Part shown: one piece after another, positions 13,280 to 26,841 of the stretch
How positions within the stretch are numbered: position 1 is the stretch's first letter
How the letters are laid out: the number at the start of each line of letters is the position of its first letter
DNA from: Pecten maximus
Taxonomy: Eukaryota
Reading direction: 5' to 3'
Length of the DNA stretch: 64,000 nucleotides
Assembly: GCF_902652985.1 (NCBI RefSeq)
Contig: NC_047026.1
Coordinates: 9,734,001 to 9,798,000, forward strand
Notes under the pieces: generated by a model
What the model was told of the DNA's origin: nothing
Database searches by the model: none
The model's input: only the letters and a program-made list of their open reading frames with translations
Made by a program: the position numbers and the translations under genes

Positions 13280-14395
13280 AGGGACTATTGCTTGGTAAGA
13301 CGGGACTAATGTTTGGTAAAACGGGACTAACGTTAAGTAAGACGGTACTCATGTTTGATAAGACGGGACTAATGCTTGGTAAGACGGGACTAATGGTTGG
13401 TAAGACGGGACTAATGGTTGGTAAGACGGGACTAATGTTTGGTAAGACGGGACTAATGGTTGGTAAGACGGGACTCATGTTTGGTAAGACGGGACTAATG
13501 TTTGGTAAGACGGGACTAATGTTTGGTAAGACGGGACTAATGTTTGGTAAGACGGGACTAGCGTTTGGTAAGACGGGACTAATGTTTGGTAAGACGGGAC
13601 TAATGGTTGGTAAGACGGGACTAATGTTTAGCGAGACGGGACTAATGTTTGGTCAGACGGGAGTAATGTTTGGTAAGACGGGACTATTGTTTTGTAAGGC
13701 GGGACTAATGTTTGGTAAGATAGGACTAACGTTAAGTAAGACGGGATTAATGTTTGGTAAGACAGGACTAACGTTAAGTAAGACGGGATTAATGTTTGGT
13801 AAGACGGAACTAATGTTTGGTAAGACGGGACTAATGTTTGGTAAGACGGGATTAATGTTTGGTAAGACGGGACTAATGTTTGGTAAGACGGGACTAATGT
13901 TTGGTAAGACGGGACTAACGTTTGCTAAGACGGTACTTATGTTTGGTAAGACGGGACTAATGTTTAGCGAGACGGGACTAATGTTTGGTAAGACGGGACT
14001 AATGGTTGGTAAGACGGGACTAATGTTTAGCGAGACGGGACTAATGTTTGGTCAGACGGGACTAACGTTTGGTAAGACGGTACTAATGTTTGGTAAGACG
14101 GGACTAATGGTTGATAAGACGGGACTAACGTTTGGTAAGACGGGACTATTGTTTTGTAAGGCGGGGCTGTTGTTTTGTAAGACGGGACTAATGTTTGGTA
14201 AGACGGGACTATTGTTTTGTAAGACGGGACTAATGTTTGGTAAGACGGGACTAATGTTTGGTAAGACGGGACTATTGTTTTGTAAGACGGGAGTAATGTT
14301 TGGTAAGACGGGACTAATGTTTGGTAAGACGGGACTATTGTTTTGTAAGACGGGACTAATGTTTTGTAAGACGGGACTATTGTTTGGTAAGACTG
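13280..14395. repeat. 21-bp minisatellite GGTAAGACGGGACTAATGTTT, ~53 copies
   Basis: Directly visible; explains the (MFGKTGL)n ORF. Confidence 0.97.
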
Positions 14396-15367
14396 ATTAA
14401 TTGTCTTAACATCTAAATCCACCAGGATTATGTTCGTCGCACCCCGCGTAGTAATACCTTGTGAGTGATTTGCCCACCGGTACATATATTGTCACCATGT
14501 CGGATCCTTGTAGAATCGAGACATACCAGACCGCTTGAATATCAGTGAAACATACACCCATATAACATGTTATTCAACAAAGCCTGCTATGAAGTAGACA
14601 GATTTGATGAGCGAGGGAAGACAGGAGGTATTAATTCTCATTTAAACGTGGCACGTAAAGTGCAGCACTATTTACATCAACTCTCGCTAATCTCCGGAAG
14701 TCACGGATCAATGTTTTATGGCCGACAATACATTTTTCTGATTTAGTCCGACGTTAATGTTTGGAAGAACCGGAAGTTGACAAATGGACATTTGTGACTC
14801 TATATTCTGGTTTTGTTGTTACCCTTAATGGCACAAAAGCTTCGAAACTTGTCTTGTCTCTGCCCATGCGCAATGGAGTGTCTTGACACGTTCACATGGT
14901 CTAATTTCGTTCCTTTTCCGGACCGGAAAAAACGTATTATTTTATTTCTGGTCCATTTCCTTTGGAAAATGCAATGGCTATTATACCGACGTTACACGAC
15001 AACATATTTTATTAGATTTGAAGGTTTCACGCCCAGTAAGTAATTATTCACACGTCAGTAAAAGACAATCACTACCTTAGCAAATATCTTGTGCCATAAT
15101 TAAGTCAATGGTACATTTGTAATACCTTTATCCTTTCATTAGACTCCTCTTTACTAGGAGATTAATAATAATTTTGGTCATTTCTACAGGATTCCCATTA
15201 GAAGTGTCCATCTTATTCCCTGTATACCTCTGCTATGCTATCAATCTGAAACATCTCCCAGTAATTTGACATGTACATTATCGATATAAAAACTACAATA
15301 GCAGTTTACCAACACATAAAGATAACACTGCTGAAACTGTTTTACAAAGGTTAATATCACAAGATAT

Positions 15368-15678
15368 CATTGGTCAAAGTATCCGGGTCATACCATTGGT
15401 CAAAGTATTCGGGTCAAACTATTGGTCAAAGTATCCGGGTCCGACTATTTGTCAAAGTAACCGGGTCAGACTATTTGTCAAAGTAACTGGGTCAGACCGT
15501 CGATCAAAGTCTCCGGGCCCCAGACCGTCGGTCACAGTCTACAGGTCTCAGTCCACGATCAAAGTCTCATTGTTTCAGACCGTCGGTCAAAGTCTCCGGG
15601 CCTCACACAGTCGGTCAAGGCTTCCGCTTCAGAGACCTTCGGTCATAGTCTCAAGGTCTCAGACCGACGGTCAAAGTG
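15368..15678. repeat. Diverged ~26-bp tandem repeat (TGGTCAAAGTATCCGGGTCAGAC...)
   Basis: GGTCAAAGT recurs about every 26-27 bp with progressive drift. Confidence 0.8.
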
Positions 15679-16499
15679 TTCGACATGAAAGAGGTGCTGT
15701 GAACTGTAGAGAATCACAAAATGTTGGTCTCTAGACTGGATGTGCTACTGTTTACGACGCCTCCTCCTCTGACCTGACGAGTGATCATTCTAAGTAGCTA
15801 ACTGTAATATCAGGGAGAAAAACATTTGCATTTGTATAAATCACGTAAGGAAATGTTTAATTAAAACCCAAATAGATTTTATAACTTTTAGAACACCACA
15901 CCTTTAATTTTAATTAGTCCCGGGTTGTCATGGTGAAAAGAACGCTTGACATTAACGTGGTCTTGGTGAACATTTACAACTAAGACGATATTTTATGAAT
16001 GCAATTCAAACTAATTAGTTTTACATAACCATTGTCTTTCCTTGTCATGCGCCTCATTATTTAAACTTATTATCTCTGATTAACGTGACAAGGCTATGTT
16101 TCATCCTTAATTGGCTCTCTTCCCGATTCTCACCATGGCGGGAGTTCTGGTGTTAGTCGGCCCATATCAGATTTTTAAAAGACTGATACAACATCAGAAA
16201 TATTCGGATTACTGTCACATCTGGTGTAGAAAATATTATATGAATTGTTATGATATATGTAATATGATATGACGTCATCATAAATTACCTATATTTGCTT
16301 GGATGTATCATTATATCATTTAGTTTCAACATTGCATAATGTGCTTTCTTCATTATGATTTCGTAGAGCCGTAATATTATTCGATATTATATCATTATAC
16401 CATCCAGTCAATATATTTTTCACGATAATCATGATACAATTGCCACATATACTACTTTATTATTGAACACCTTTAATCCTAGTATATTATTGATTGCTA

Positions 16500-16660
16500 T
16501 TTTGCTGGGTTTATCGCCCCGTTAACAGCCTGGTCATTTTGAGGTGGGGTATCCTTGTAGTAGAACGTGGCTACCTCACTGAACAACATATGGGAGGTCC
16601 GTCGCGCAATGAAGGGAAGATGTCTTGTCCTGGGACAAAACCACGACTGCAGAGACCGCC
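16500..16660 (-). mobile_element. Probable SINE 3' fragment
   Basis: GGGTTTATCGCCCCGTTAACAGCCTGGTCATTT resembles the tail of the 42361-42584 SINE; TGTCTTGTCCTGGGAC is CORE-like. Confidence 0.35.
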
Positions 16661-17411
16661 TCGTTTCTCATCTTAGTTTATACGGTAATACATGGTAACT
16701 ATATCAGTGAAATAGACACAGAAGTAAGTGTCGATATATTGCGAGACAAAAAAAAAAGAGTAAAATATACTTAAATAATCGCATTTAATGAAAAAAGGAG
16801 GTCATTTAATTTCGATTCAATGTGCGCGTGATATTTGGCGCCTTGTTGCTATAACTTATTGGCGCCTCATCGTTATAAATAATTGGCGCCTGTTGCTTTT
16901 GATGATTAGCGTTTGGTCGCTATAAATGACGACACTGGTCCTCTGTGGGAACATGTCCGCAAAGGAAAGAAATATACAGATCAACCTTACAAACAGAGGT
17001 CATCAGACCTTTGTTGTTATTACAATATCCATTATTGCTGTTGTGTATCCTAAATCAATATAATTAATTACAGGAGAACACGGTCGTACTGACAATATTT
17101 TGTTTGGCAAGTAATTTAAAACGTGTGAAACGTATATTGTTCCCTCAAAATAATTCTTTAACAAAATTAAAACCATTCACCACCATTACTACATGGCGAG
17201 CATACAAAGGATCCCACATTCAAATCAAACTGTATGAGATAAAGATCTAAAGTAAATCTAGACTTTGTTGAATCTAATTAGTGGTCCTGAAGCTGCTCGT
17301 TAAACATTAATTAATATGCATAAAACGGTACCCACGATACAGAATAAAAAGGAGGATGCAATTAATTATTTTTGATAATAACGCGAAGCTCAGTAGATCA
17401 AAAGAGATACT

Positions 17412-18055
17412 TAACTTTGGAGGGTTGGCGTTAATGGCGTTAAGTGAGTAACTATTGGAAGGTTGTAATGACGTTAGGTGAGTAACGTTTGGAAGGTTGT
17501 AATGGCGTTAGGTGAGTAACGTTTGGAAGGTTGTAATGACGTTAGGTGAGTAACGTTTGGAGGGTTGTAATGACGTTAAATGAGTAACTTTTGGAGGGTT
17601 GTAATGGCGTTAGGTAAGTAACTTTTGGAGGGTTGTAATGGCGTTAGGTGAGTAACTTTTGGAGGGTTATAATGACGTTAGGTGAGTAACTTTTGGAGGG
17701 TTGTAATGACGTTAGGTGAGTAACTTTTGGAGGGATGTAATGACGATGTAACTTTTGGAGGGTTGTAATGGCGTTAAGTGAGTAACTTTTGAAGGGTTGT
17801 AATGGCGTTAAGTGAGTTACTTTTGGAGGGTTGTAATGACGTTAAGTGAGTAACTTTTGGAGGGTTGTAATGGCGTTAAGTGAGTAACTTTTGGAGGGTT
17901 GTAATAACGTTATGTGAGTAACTTTTGGAGGGTTGTAATGGCGTTAAGTGAGTTACTTTTGGAGGGTTGTAATGACGTTAAGTGAGTAACTTTTGGAGGG
18001 TTGTAATGGTGTTGAGCGAGTAATTTTTGAGAGTTGTAATGCCGTTAAGTGAGTA
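17412..18055. repeat. 34-bp tandem repeat AACTTTTGGAGGGTTGTAATG(A/G)CGTTA(A/G)GTGAGT, ~19 copies
   Basis: Directly visible. Confidence 0.97.
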
Positions 18056-20871
18056 GATTTTGGTTTCATCTTGAGATCTATCTGTAGGAGATGTATAGCC
18101 TATTTAGACGTAGCCAGTTCGATTTTGCAGCTGACATTCTTTAAATTCGTTCCTACATCTGGAGGCATCCGGCCTGCGCGTGATTTGAATTATTGCGGCT
18201 AATAATCCAACAGAAACCCTGTCACCGAAAGAATGATATGTGCTTGGTTTCCGCTTATTTTTAATTGCAAACTTGCTTCAAATGCTCGTTTATCATATGT
18301 TGTGGGCCTAAAGGAATGAATTGTCTGACAAACCTTAAAGAGAGCCACACTTTCGGTGACACACCTCAAGTGCCCATTGACATCCCCGAATACTGGTGTC
18401 ATTGATATTTATATACAACACCCCTACCGACATGTACTCACAGGAGATATGTAACTCCTAGTGTTAATTAGAATTAATGGTGAACTACTATTCCCGTCAC
18501 TATCATATAACATCTATACTACGTGTAAGACTTGAGGTCTCCACAGTAATTAAAACTAATTTTAGAATAAGACTTGTTCAGCGTTTCCGAAAATATGCAG
18601 ATTGATTGATTTCACTTTATTGACGTAATTGCCATTAGAAAGAGTTATTGTTTGAACAAAATAGATAAATTTACTGATTCAAATATCGAGGAGTGTTTTC
18701 GGTTATTTCGTCTCCTGTTTAACAGTGAGCTCATTATCGACCCCGTAAATCTACTCCTATGCTGTTTTTTTTTATCCCTGGTATTTTTACAGGAAAATAA
18801 TGTAATTGATAAAACCATTATAATAGGAGATATTTCTTTGTTTGTCTTATGACCTTATACATCGTTCACACGTGACATTGGACCAGACAACATTATGTCC
18901 GGTAGGGTGACGTTTCCGGTTAAATCCGCTGTAAACAGGTTTTATCTGAAGACATAATTGTTTAGAGTGTGTTTATAACCTCTTTTAATATGTAAAATAT
19001 TGATTTTCCTCTTAGTAAAGCTCGAGAATGAAGACATATTCGTTGATCAGCTAATGGGAAATTGTACATTGAAACTTTCAAGATGAAATAAAGGGAAAAT
19101 ATCGTATCGTGTTGTAAGCTCGTTCTAAAAAAAGGAAAGAAAGGTTGACTAAAAGAAAGCGAACCAAATTCCTAATTGTTCCTAAGCTCGTTTAGAAGAA
19201 AAACAGGTAATTTTTGTTCTTAAGTTTCTCTCTTTTCTCTGCTGGCTGTTCCAAACCATTCCATTGTATACATTCAATCTACACAATGAGCATGTGAGAT
19301 TTTACTACCTTCTCCAATACGGAGTAGATTTTCTCGTATACTGTCCCTCTAAAACACAGGTTGTCATAGACCGATAATTTCAAACACGACTATCCTTTTG
19401 TCTCCAATCACTGGAATCACCGGTTGACATCGATTTAAGTCGTAATGACTTCTGTGATGTATCTTGGGGTTTTGCGATGATCTTGTGGCGGTACACGACT
19501 TCCTTCCGGTTGCGCAATGAACTGAATTTTATTGGCACTTCAAAGTAAGATTCTTAAACCGCACACTGTCTTAACATAGCTTTTTTATTTTTTTTATTCC
19601 TTTTTACAGCACTAGCTTGTATCATCCATTCCTCCAAAGTATGGTACAGTTTGAGTCACCGTGTGTTTATATCACAGCGTGCATCGTACAGAAACCAAGT
19701 AATATTCACAGCCTTTCTTTTCATATAGCCTTCATCTTATAAAAATGTTGAAAGTTATTTTCACGGTCAAAATAATGACGTCACATTTTGTGTGTTCAAT
19801 ATTTTTGACGTCCTCATTAAATGTACTGTTTTTGTGTGTCGTCGTATGGTGAATTTGAGGGATACAAGGCCGTCTTAACGACAATTATTTGATAAGCTAA
19901 CCGACAAAATGCACCCTCTCCTGTAATGATCTACAGAAAGACAAGTACGTCTACATAATCACCATCCTTTAATCGGAATGACGGCCACGAGCAACTTGTG
20001 ACGTAAAAGCAGAGCGGTGGCCGCCCACACTTTCCAACACAGCAAGAAGGTCGGTTGTCTAGTTGAGATTTTATTACAGTCAAACGACTACTAGAATTTA
20101 TCAGGGATTTAACTTTTTATATATCAATATTCCCGATTCTCTTCCTTATTGTCGGAATGTTTTCGACATCCTGGAGACAGCCCGATTAGGAAAGTTTCCG
20201 TGATAGATGCCGACTGCAGATGGGAAAAAACATTAAAGGGACTTCGATCGCCACAATGATCTGATGGATTATGTATTCAACAGCCCGGTTCTCTTGACCT
20301 AGATTTTTCAGGTGAACATGGACTATGAGTAATGGAAAATTTCTATGATTCGTAGTAAAGCATGAAATGTAGGTCTGTGTGTTACGAATGTAAGGTAACT
20401 CATGAATATTGATGAGAGAAATGAGTTACACGTGGATTGTATGGCGTAAGCAGGTGGTGTGGTGTACAGGTGAGATAATCATTCTAGCCTGCGACCACAG
20501 AGTGCACGGTCGGTATACATAATTTAAAATGCTGCGGGAATGTAGTTTTTTTATATTGAGTTTCTGAGTTTAAGTTACTTTTGTTTTATTGATAAAAGTT
20601 TTCAGACGGCTTGTTTATACTGTAAATGTAACCTTTAAAGGTTTTCCAGAGACTTTGGCTTATTAAGGTTCATGTAAATACTGATCCAGTGATATTTTAT
20701 AAGCCTGTAAAACACTACTCTGGTAAAATGGAACAGAACTAACTTGGTCAATTGTTAATACGTATCATGGCTATCCATGGGTCTCGCTTTTGACATTTAA
20801 TTTGTTAAGCTGTTTGTTAATTTCGCCAAAACATGCGTGAATTGTAAGTTTTATGCGAACAGAGAAAGCTC

Positions 20872-21399
20872 ATATGGATCAGACATATTGCTCAAAATAA
20901 CCATGCCCTGATGCTCACAAGTGTCTTTATCAGGTAGAAAAGCACAAAAATCGATTCTCATTTGACCTTGAAATGCAAATGGCGGCTGTGCATTACATTG
21001 CACAAATGTGACACATTTCAATTAATAAAAAATCCTATATTTTATTTTATTACGACATCGGAGCACAGTTAGAAGAATGCTTTCAAGACAAATAGTTTAA
21101 CAACGGAGTTGTTTTAGGATATTTTCAGAAATCTGCATATTTTACCTCAAACTCTGCGGTTGAAATATTTTCCCTAAAAACAGGCTTATTGATATGTTCA
21201 GAGTTATTCATAGTGTGTAATAAGAGCATGTTTGATTATTGAAATACCTCCCTATATTCCATAATTGTTATGCATTATTCATGGCCCGCCATTTGCATGT
21301 CAAGGTCAAATGACAATCGATTTTTGCACTACCTGCTATAGATATTTGTGAGCATAACGAACGACATTGTTATTGAGTGCAATATGTCTGATCCACATC
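20872..21399. mobile_element. MITE with ~115-bp imperfect terminal inverted repeats
   Basis: TGGATCAGACATATTGC...CATTTGACCTTGAAATGCAAATGGCGG is mirrored by CCGCCATTTGCATGTCAAGGTCAAATG...GCAATATGTCTGATCCA. Confidence 0.85.
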
Positions 21400-22039
21400 A
21401 GAAAAAAATCCCAATTCTAGTCTTCTCTTATAAATCATGCAATGGGGCTAACAGGTACAATTCGTACGTCCTATTTAGAGTGTCATTAAGGGGACAAGGG
21501 GATTGGACACAAATAAGTACATCTTATCTAATCTGGGTAGTATTTAGTACAACTGATATTGACATTAGGAAGACAGTGAAGTGATTTAGTGGGACTATTT
21601 TGCGGAATTATCTGTGAGCTAATATCCTGTATAAAGAAGTGTTCAAACTTTGCTCTTGAGATTGACGAAATTTCAAATTGTAAAGGCATGTGTGTTTATA
21701 CATAGAGTTATTTTGTATTGACTGCTATGGTGGTTGTTGATAGCTTTGTGGTTCCTGTAGGAATGTGATTTATGTACCAATTGACAACTGGCTAACCACG
21801 TCATCCCATTCCCCTAGATTACTTACAGCTGAAGACTACACACCGTTGTTAATGTCAACTGCCCTAGGGATCACTCTCAAATATTAAAAGACATGCCTGG
21901 AAGGTTTCATTTGATATAAGTAAAAGCTACTTACAATTTTGTATAACAATCATTTTGAAAGATATTACACTTCAACGTGGGCGGCGTCATTTTGTTTCCA
22001 TATAGATACAAATGACCTCGAGGTCAAATGTAATACATA

Positions 22040-22666
22040 ATGTAGTCTCTGAGCCCGTAACAGAGGTGTATGCTAGCTTTCGTAAGAGTCTCTGAGCCCG
22101 TGACAGATGAGTATTGTAGCTTTCGTAAGAGTCTCTGAGCCCGTGACAGATGAGTATTGTAGCTTTCGTAAGAGTCCCTGAACCCGTGACAGATGTGTAT
22201 TGTAGCTTTCGTAAGAGTCCCTGAACCCGTGACAGATGTGTATTGTAGCTTTCGTAAGAGTCCCTGAACCCGTGACAGATGAGTATTGTAGCTTTCGTAA
22301 GAGTCCCTGAACCCGTGACAGATGTGTATTGTAGCTTTCGTAAGAGTCCCTGAACCCGTGACAGATGAGTATTGTAGCTTTCGTAAGAGTCTCTGAGCCC
22401 GTGACATATGTGTATTGCAGCTTTCGTAAGAGTCCCTGAGCCCGTGACAGATGTGTATTGTAGCTTTCGTAAGAGTCCCTGAGCTAGTGACAGATGTGTA
22501 TTGTAGCTTTCGTAAGAGTCCCTGAGCCCGTGACAGATGTGTATTGTAGCTTTCGTAAGAGTCTCTGAGCCCGTGACAGATGTGTATTGTAGCTTTCGTA
22601 AGAGTCCCTGAGCCCGTGACAGATGTGTATTGTAGCTTTCGTAAGAGTCCCTTGGCCACTTACAAG
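22040..22666. repeat. 43-bp satellite (CGTAAGAGTC(C/T)CTGAGCCCGTGACAGATGTGTATTGTAGCTTT), array 1
   Basis: Directly visible, ~14 units. Confidence 0.97.
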
Positions 22667-23087
22667 TGTGAACTACAGGGTTGTAGTCACTTGTAGAATT
22701 GTTGTGTATGGTGTAAGAGAGGAAGACGGAGTCCAGGTAGTTGTATCTTGGTTTATTTAGGTGTGTAGAACTGCTCAGTCCAGTCCTTGGAAACCGACTA
22801 CATAATATAGTAACATCTAACCTTTTATAGTCCTAAGTCCTAGGTATGAGTATATATGATTGATTGATACAGGATAATACAGAAGACGGCTGTCATATAG
22901 CCTAAGACAATATTAGATAACCATGTACAACATGTACCATTAATATCAGATCAACTACGTCAACAGGTAAACAAGTTGGTTCCAAAGGGCAAATGTGTTA
23001 TATAAAAATACAGACCTAGGAATATTTTTAGATATAAAATCTGATATATATTTTTAACTAAATTTTAAAATAATTTATTATATTTCA
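22667..23087 (-). mobile_element. Solo LTR (421 bp, TG...CA)
   Basis: Near-identical to 23607-24027 and 26421-26841. Confidence 0.9.
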
Positions 23088-23606
23088 ATATCGTATATTG
23101 TAGCTTTCGTAGGAGTCGCTGAGCCCGTGAGAGAAGTGTATTGTAGCTTTCGTAAGAGTCCCTGAGCCCGTGACAGATGTGTATTGTAGCTTTCGTAAGA
23201 GTCCCTGAGCCCGTGACAGATGTGTATTGTAGCTTTCGTAAGAGTCTCTGAGCCCGTGACAGATGTGTATTGCAGCTTTCGTAAGAGTCTCTGAGCCCGT
23301 GACAGATGTGTATTGTAGCTTTCGTAAGAGTCCCTGAGCCCGTGACAGATGTGTATTGTAGCTTTCGTAAGAGTCTCTGAGCCCGTGACAGATGTGTATT
23401 GTAGCTTTCGTAAGAGTCCCTGAGCCCGTGACAGATGTGTATTGTAGCTTTCGTAAGAGTCCCTGAGCCCGTGACAGATGTGTATTGTAGCTTTCGTAAG
23501 AGTCTCTGAGCCCGTACAGATGTGTATTGTAGCTTTCGTAAGAGTCCCTGAGCCCGTGACAGATGTGTATTGTAGCTTTCGTAAGAGTCCCTTGGCCACT
23601 TACAAG
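23088..23606. repeat. 43-bp satellite, array 2 (~12 units)
   Basis: Same unit as array 1. Confidence 0.97.
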
Positions 23607-25362
23607 TGTGAACTACAGGGTTGTAGTCACTTGTAGAATTGTTGTGTATGGTGTAAGAGAGGAAGACGGAGTCCAAGTAGTTGTATCTTGGTTTATTTAC
23701 GTGTGTAGAACTGCTCAGTCCAGTCCTTGGAAACCGACTACATACTATAGTAACATCTAACCTTTTATAGTCCTAAGTCCTAGGTATGAGTATATATGAT
23801 TGATTGATACAGGATAATAAAGAAGACGGCTGTCATATAGCCTAAGACAATATTAGATAACCATGTACAACATGTACCATTAATATCAGATCAACTACGT
23901 CAACAGGTAAACAAGTTGGTGCCAAAGGGCAAATGTGTTATATAAAAATACAGATCTAGGAATATTTTTAGATATAAAATCTGATATATATTTTTAACTA
24001 AATTTTAAAATAATTTATTATATTTCATTCGTCCCTTGGACAAAAATGATTTCAAATTAGATATAATTTCGACATCATATAAGTAGATTCTAAAATAATT
24101 AATTATGTTGATAACGTCCCTTTGTCATAAATTATTGAAAAGTAAGAGAAATATAACATGTTTAGATTATGTAAACCAAAAAATTAAAATAACGAAAGAA
24201 ATTGTGGTGAAGGCTAGATACTTATACTAAATATTATGACGGTATAGTATTGAATGAAATGACATTCATTATACATTGCTTACATTAGAATAAGAAATGA
24301 AGTCATACAGATACAAATAATGAATGGAATACTAATCATGAAGTTACATGATTACATTACGTAGTACGTAACAAAAATCATAAAGGAATAAAGCTTATAA
24401 TGAAATGACATAGCAATATATATATTACTAATAGTAATATCAAATGTATTAATCAAATAACATTTAGTTTGTACTTTATATGTGTACAAAAACTTTAAAT
24501 GTGTATAAATACATTATAACATATGTACTTGAAATGCATTAAAATATATAAACAAAAGATAAGAATTAAATTCACACAATATTTTCTTCACACAGTTCAC
24601 TTGTTGTAATTCCAGTATTAATGTCCAACGTAATTAAAGAAATGTTTATGTACTGTTATTAAAATGAATGTTAAAATGAAATGGCGTGGATACGATGTAC
24701 AACCATCTGTAAATCCAACTGTAAATTCTCGCACTCCAATTAGGCTGAGAAGATGTAAAAAAAATGTCAGAAAGTTCCATGTAATGTAAAGATGTTCCTC
24801 TTCGGAAGTGGAAGTGGTATATCCTTTTTCCTCGGCAATTGTACTGCATCGAGTATTCCAAATCCGTCGAATAATCTTGTTAAGTGTTAGTGGATGTGTA
24901 GATGTAGATATTTCTTCTTCGGACAAGGAAATGTAGACTTATTTTTCCCTGGCATTTGAACTGCATCAGGTATTTCCTTATCCGTTGAAGTATGGTGCGT
25001 TGTTATGTCGTTCGAGTGCAGTAGATTATATTTTAGATATCTGTGCGTGTATTATCACGTCACTATCTCTGACTCTGACATAATATGGAAAGTTCAAATT
25101 ACAAATTTAACCTCGTGGTGGAATCACGTTAGGCTGAACTCTCCATTGTAGATATAGGTGAAGACGTCTCTTCGGTATATATGAATAAATGAAATTGTTG
25201 TAATATATGTTGAATAGTGTCTCTTCAGTTGAAGATATTAAAAATGAATTCAAAGCCTCTTCTTATATGTTGAGGATGATATTATGATGAAAATGTTGGA
25301 ACTTCTGTATGGAAAACACAGCACATAAACAATTCAATAAAACGTTGAAGAAAATGAATGTA

Positions 25363-26400
25363 TTAATCCTCTTCAATAACCGGAGGTGGCATTATGGATT
25401 GAAGTCGTGGATACATTGGCGTTGGCTGGTACGATGGTGGTATCAATGGTACTGCCGCTGGTGAAGGAACTGGTGACGAACTGGTGACATGAGAAGAACT
25501 TCTCTCTTGCTTACTTTCACTTAAGCTATAGTCAACAGACTTAGTAGATTTGACCTTTCTTCCACTACACTTACGTGAACATTTGCAATACAAATACAAT
25601 AAAACTATAATAATAATAATACCAACCAGAGCTGAAAGCACTGGAATTAAATATTGTTTAAAATCCCAAATATCACTATCTATAGGTTCTACTGTTGATA
25701 GTTCTTTAATCAAGGATTCCATAGATATTTTGTCCATTTGTTGTAAATTACTTGGAATGGCTACTGTGGAATAGTTTGGAAATTTTTGGTGAAAGGGGTG
25801 CCATAATGAGCTAATTGAAATATTTAAGTGTAGGTGTGATGGAAATGTTATATTTAGTGGACGAGTAGCTGATGATTTCTGAAACGAAGCAGCTAGACTA
25901 AGGTGGTCACTAGATGCTGAGCATGAATATGGAACATGGATAATTTGGATAGGGGGTTTAACACATATTTGTTTAGTTTCGTCCAAATTTTGACAAACTT
26001 TTTATTTGATGTAATGGCCCAAGAACCATTTGCGATATGAAAAGCTAGCGGTAGTTGAGAATTTGGGACAACAATAGTTACACAATATTTATTTATATTT
26101 ATTTTGTTGTCAGTAAAAAGAGCAACAATACAATGTTTACTTAAATTAATTTGGGTATATAGGAGATGTAAATTGACAATGGTTATAAAAAGGGTGAGTA
26201 CATGAGCTAACATCTTCTTCATTAAGAAGTATATACTTAGATATTTCTGGATTGACAGCAATAGCTGTAGATTCCAGTTGATACTTTGCAACAAGTTTGC
26301 AAGCAGCACAATCTTGATTATTTGAAGTTGGTGAATTAGATGAAATCGGCATAGTCACAGGAATATTAAATACATTATACAGACGAAATTTGTTGGAGGC
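25363..26400 (-). pseudogene. Envelope/fusion glycoprotein-like gene (baculovirus-F/errantivirus env-like), C-terminal half, two frameshifts
   Basis: Three overlapping ORF pieces: LYNVFNIPV..AVNPEISKYILLNEEDVSSC..HC / CIVALF..KYC..NGSWAI / IIHVPYSCSASSDHLSL, then TM helix LIPVLSALVGIIIIIVLLYLY, a Cys/Lys stop-transfer segment and a Pro-rich tail. Confidence 0.75.
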
Positions 26401-26401
26401 G

Positions 26402-26418
26402 TCCTGGTCACGGCACCA
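26402..26418 (-). promoter_or_regulatory. Primer-binding site complementary to the tRNA-His 3' end
   Basis: TGGTGCCGTGACCAGGA is the reverse complement of ...TCCTGGTCACGGCA-CCA of invertebrate tRNA-His(GTG). Confidence 0.88.
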
Positions 26419-26841
26419 GATGTGAACTACAGGGTTGTAGTCACTTGTAGAATTGTTGTGTATGGTGTAAGAGAGGAAGACGGAGTCCAAGTAGTTGTAT
26501 CTTGGTTTATTTACGTGTGTAGAACTGCTCAGTCCAGTCCTTGGAAACCGACTACATACTATAGTAACATCTAACCTTTTATAGTCCTAAGTCCTAGGTA
26601 TGAGTATATATGATTGATTGATACAGGATAATACAGAAGACGGCTGTCATTTAGCCTAAGACAATATTAGATAACCATGTACAACATGTACCATTAATAT
26701 CAGATCAACTACGTCAACAGGTAAACAAGTTGGTTCCAAAGGGCAAATGTGTTATATAAAAATACAGATCTAGGAATATTTTTAGATATAAAATCTGATA
26801 TATATTTTTAACTAAATTTTAAAATAATTTATCATATTTCA

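Larger units (their letters stand above)
23607..26841 (-). mobile_element. Non-autonomous LTR retroelement (Gypsy/errantivirus-like): 5'LTR 26421-26841, PBS, env-like fragment, PPT, 3'LTR 23607-24027; gag-pol absent
   Basis: Two 421-bp TG..CA LTRs differing at 4 positions by my count; tRNA-His PBS 2 nt after the 5'LTR; purine tract AAGGGACGAA before the 3'LTR. Confidence 0.9.

Noticed and set aside
13267-14400. 377-aa (MFGKTGL)n ORF
   Set aside because: A 21-bp unit keeps the frame open automatically; no splice or signal evidence and no visible third-position bias
20301-20400. Candidate upstream non-coding exon (TTTTTCAG...AAG|GTAACT); also a donor-like GAG|GTGAGT near 27702
   Set aside because: Such motifs are common by chance; needs transcript data
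22014-22027. Perfect TGACCTCGAGGTCA nuclear-receptor-like palindrome
   Set aside because: A single short motif with no supporting context
26146-26490. ORF start MDSVFLSY as the true env start
   Set aside because: A non-ATG start inside the LTR reading through the PBS; an artefact of the deletion junction
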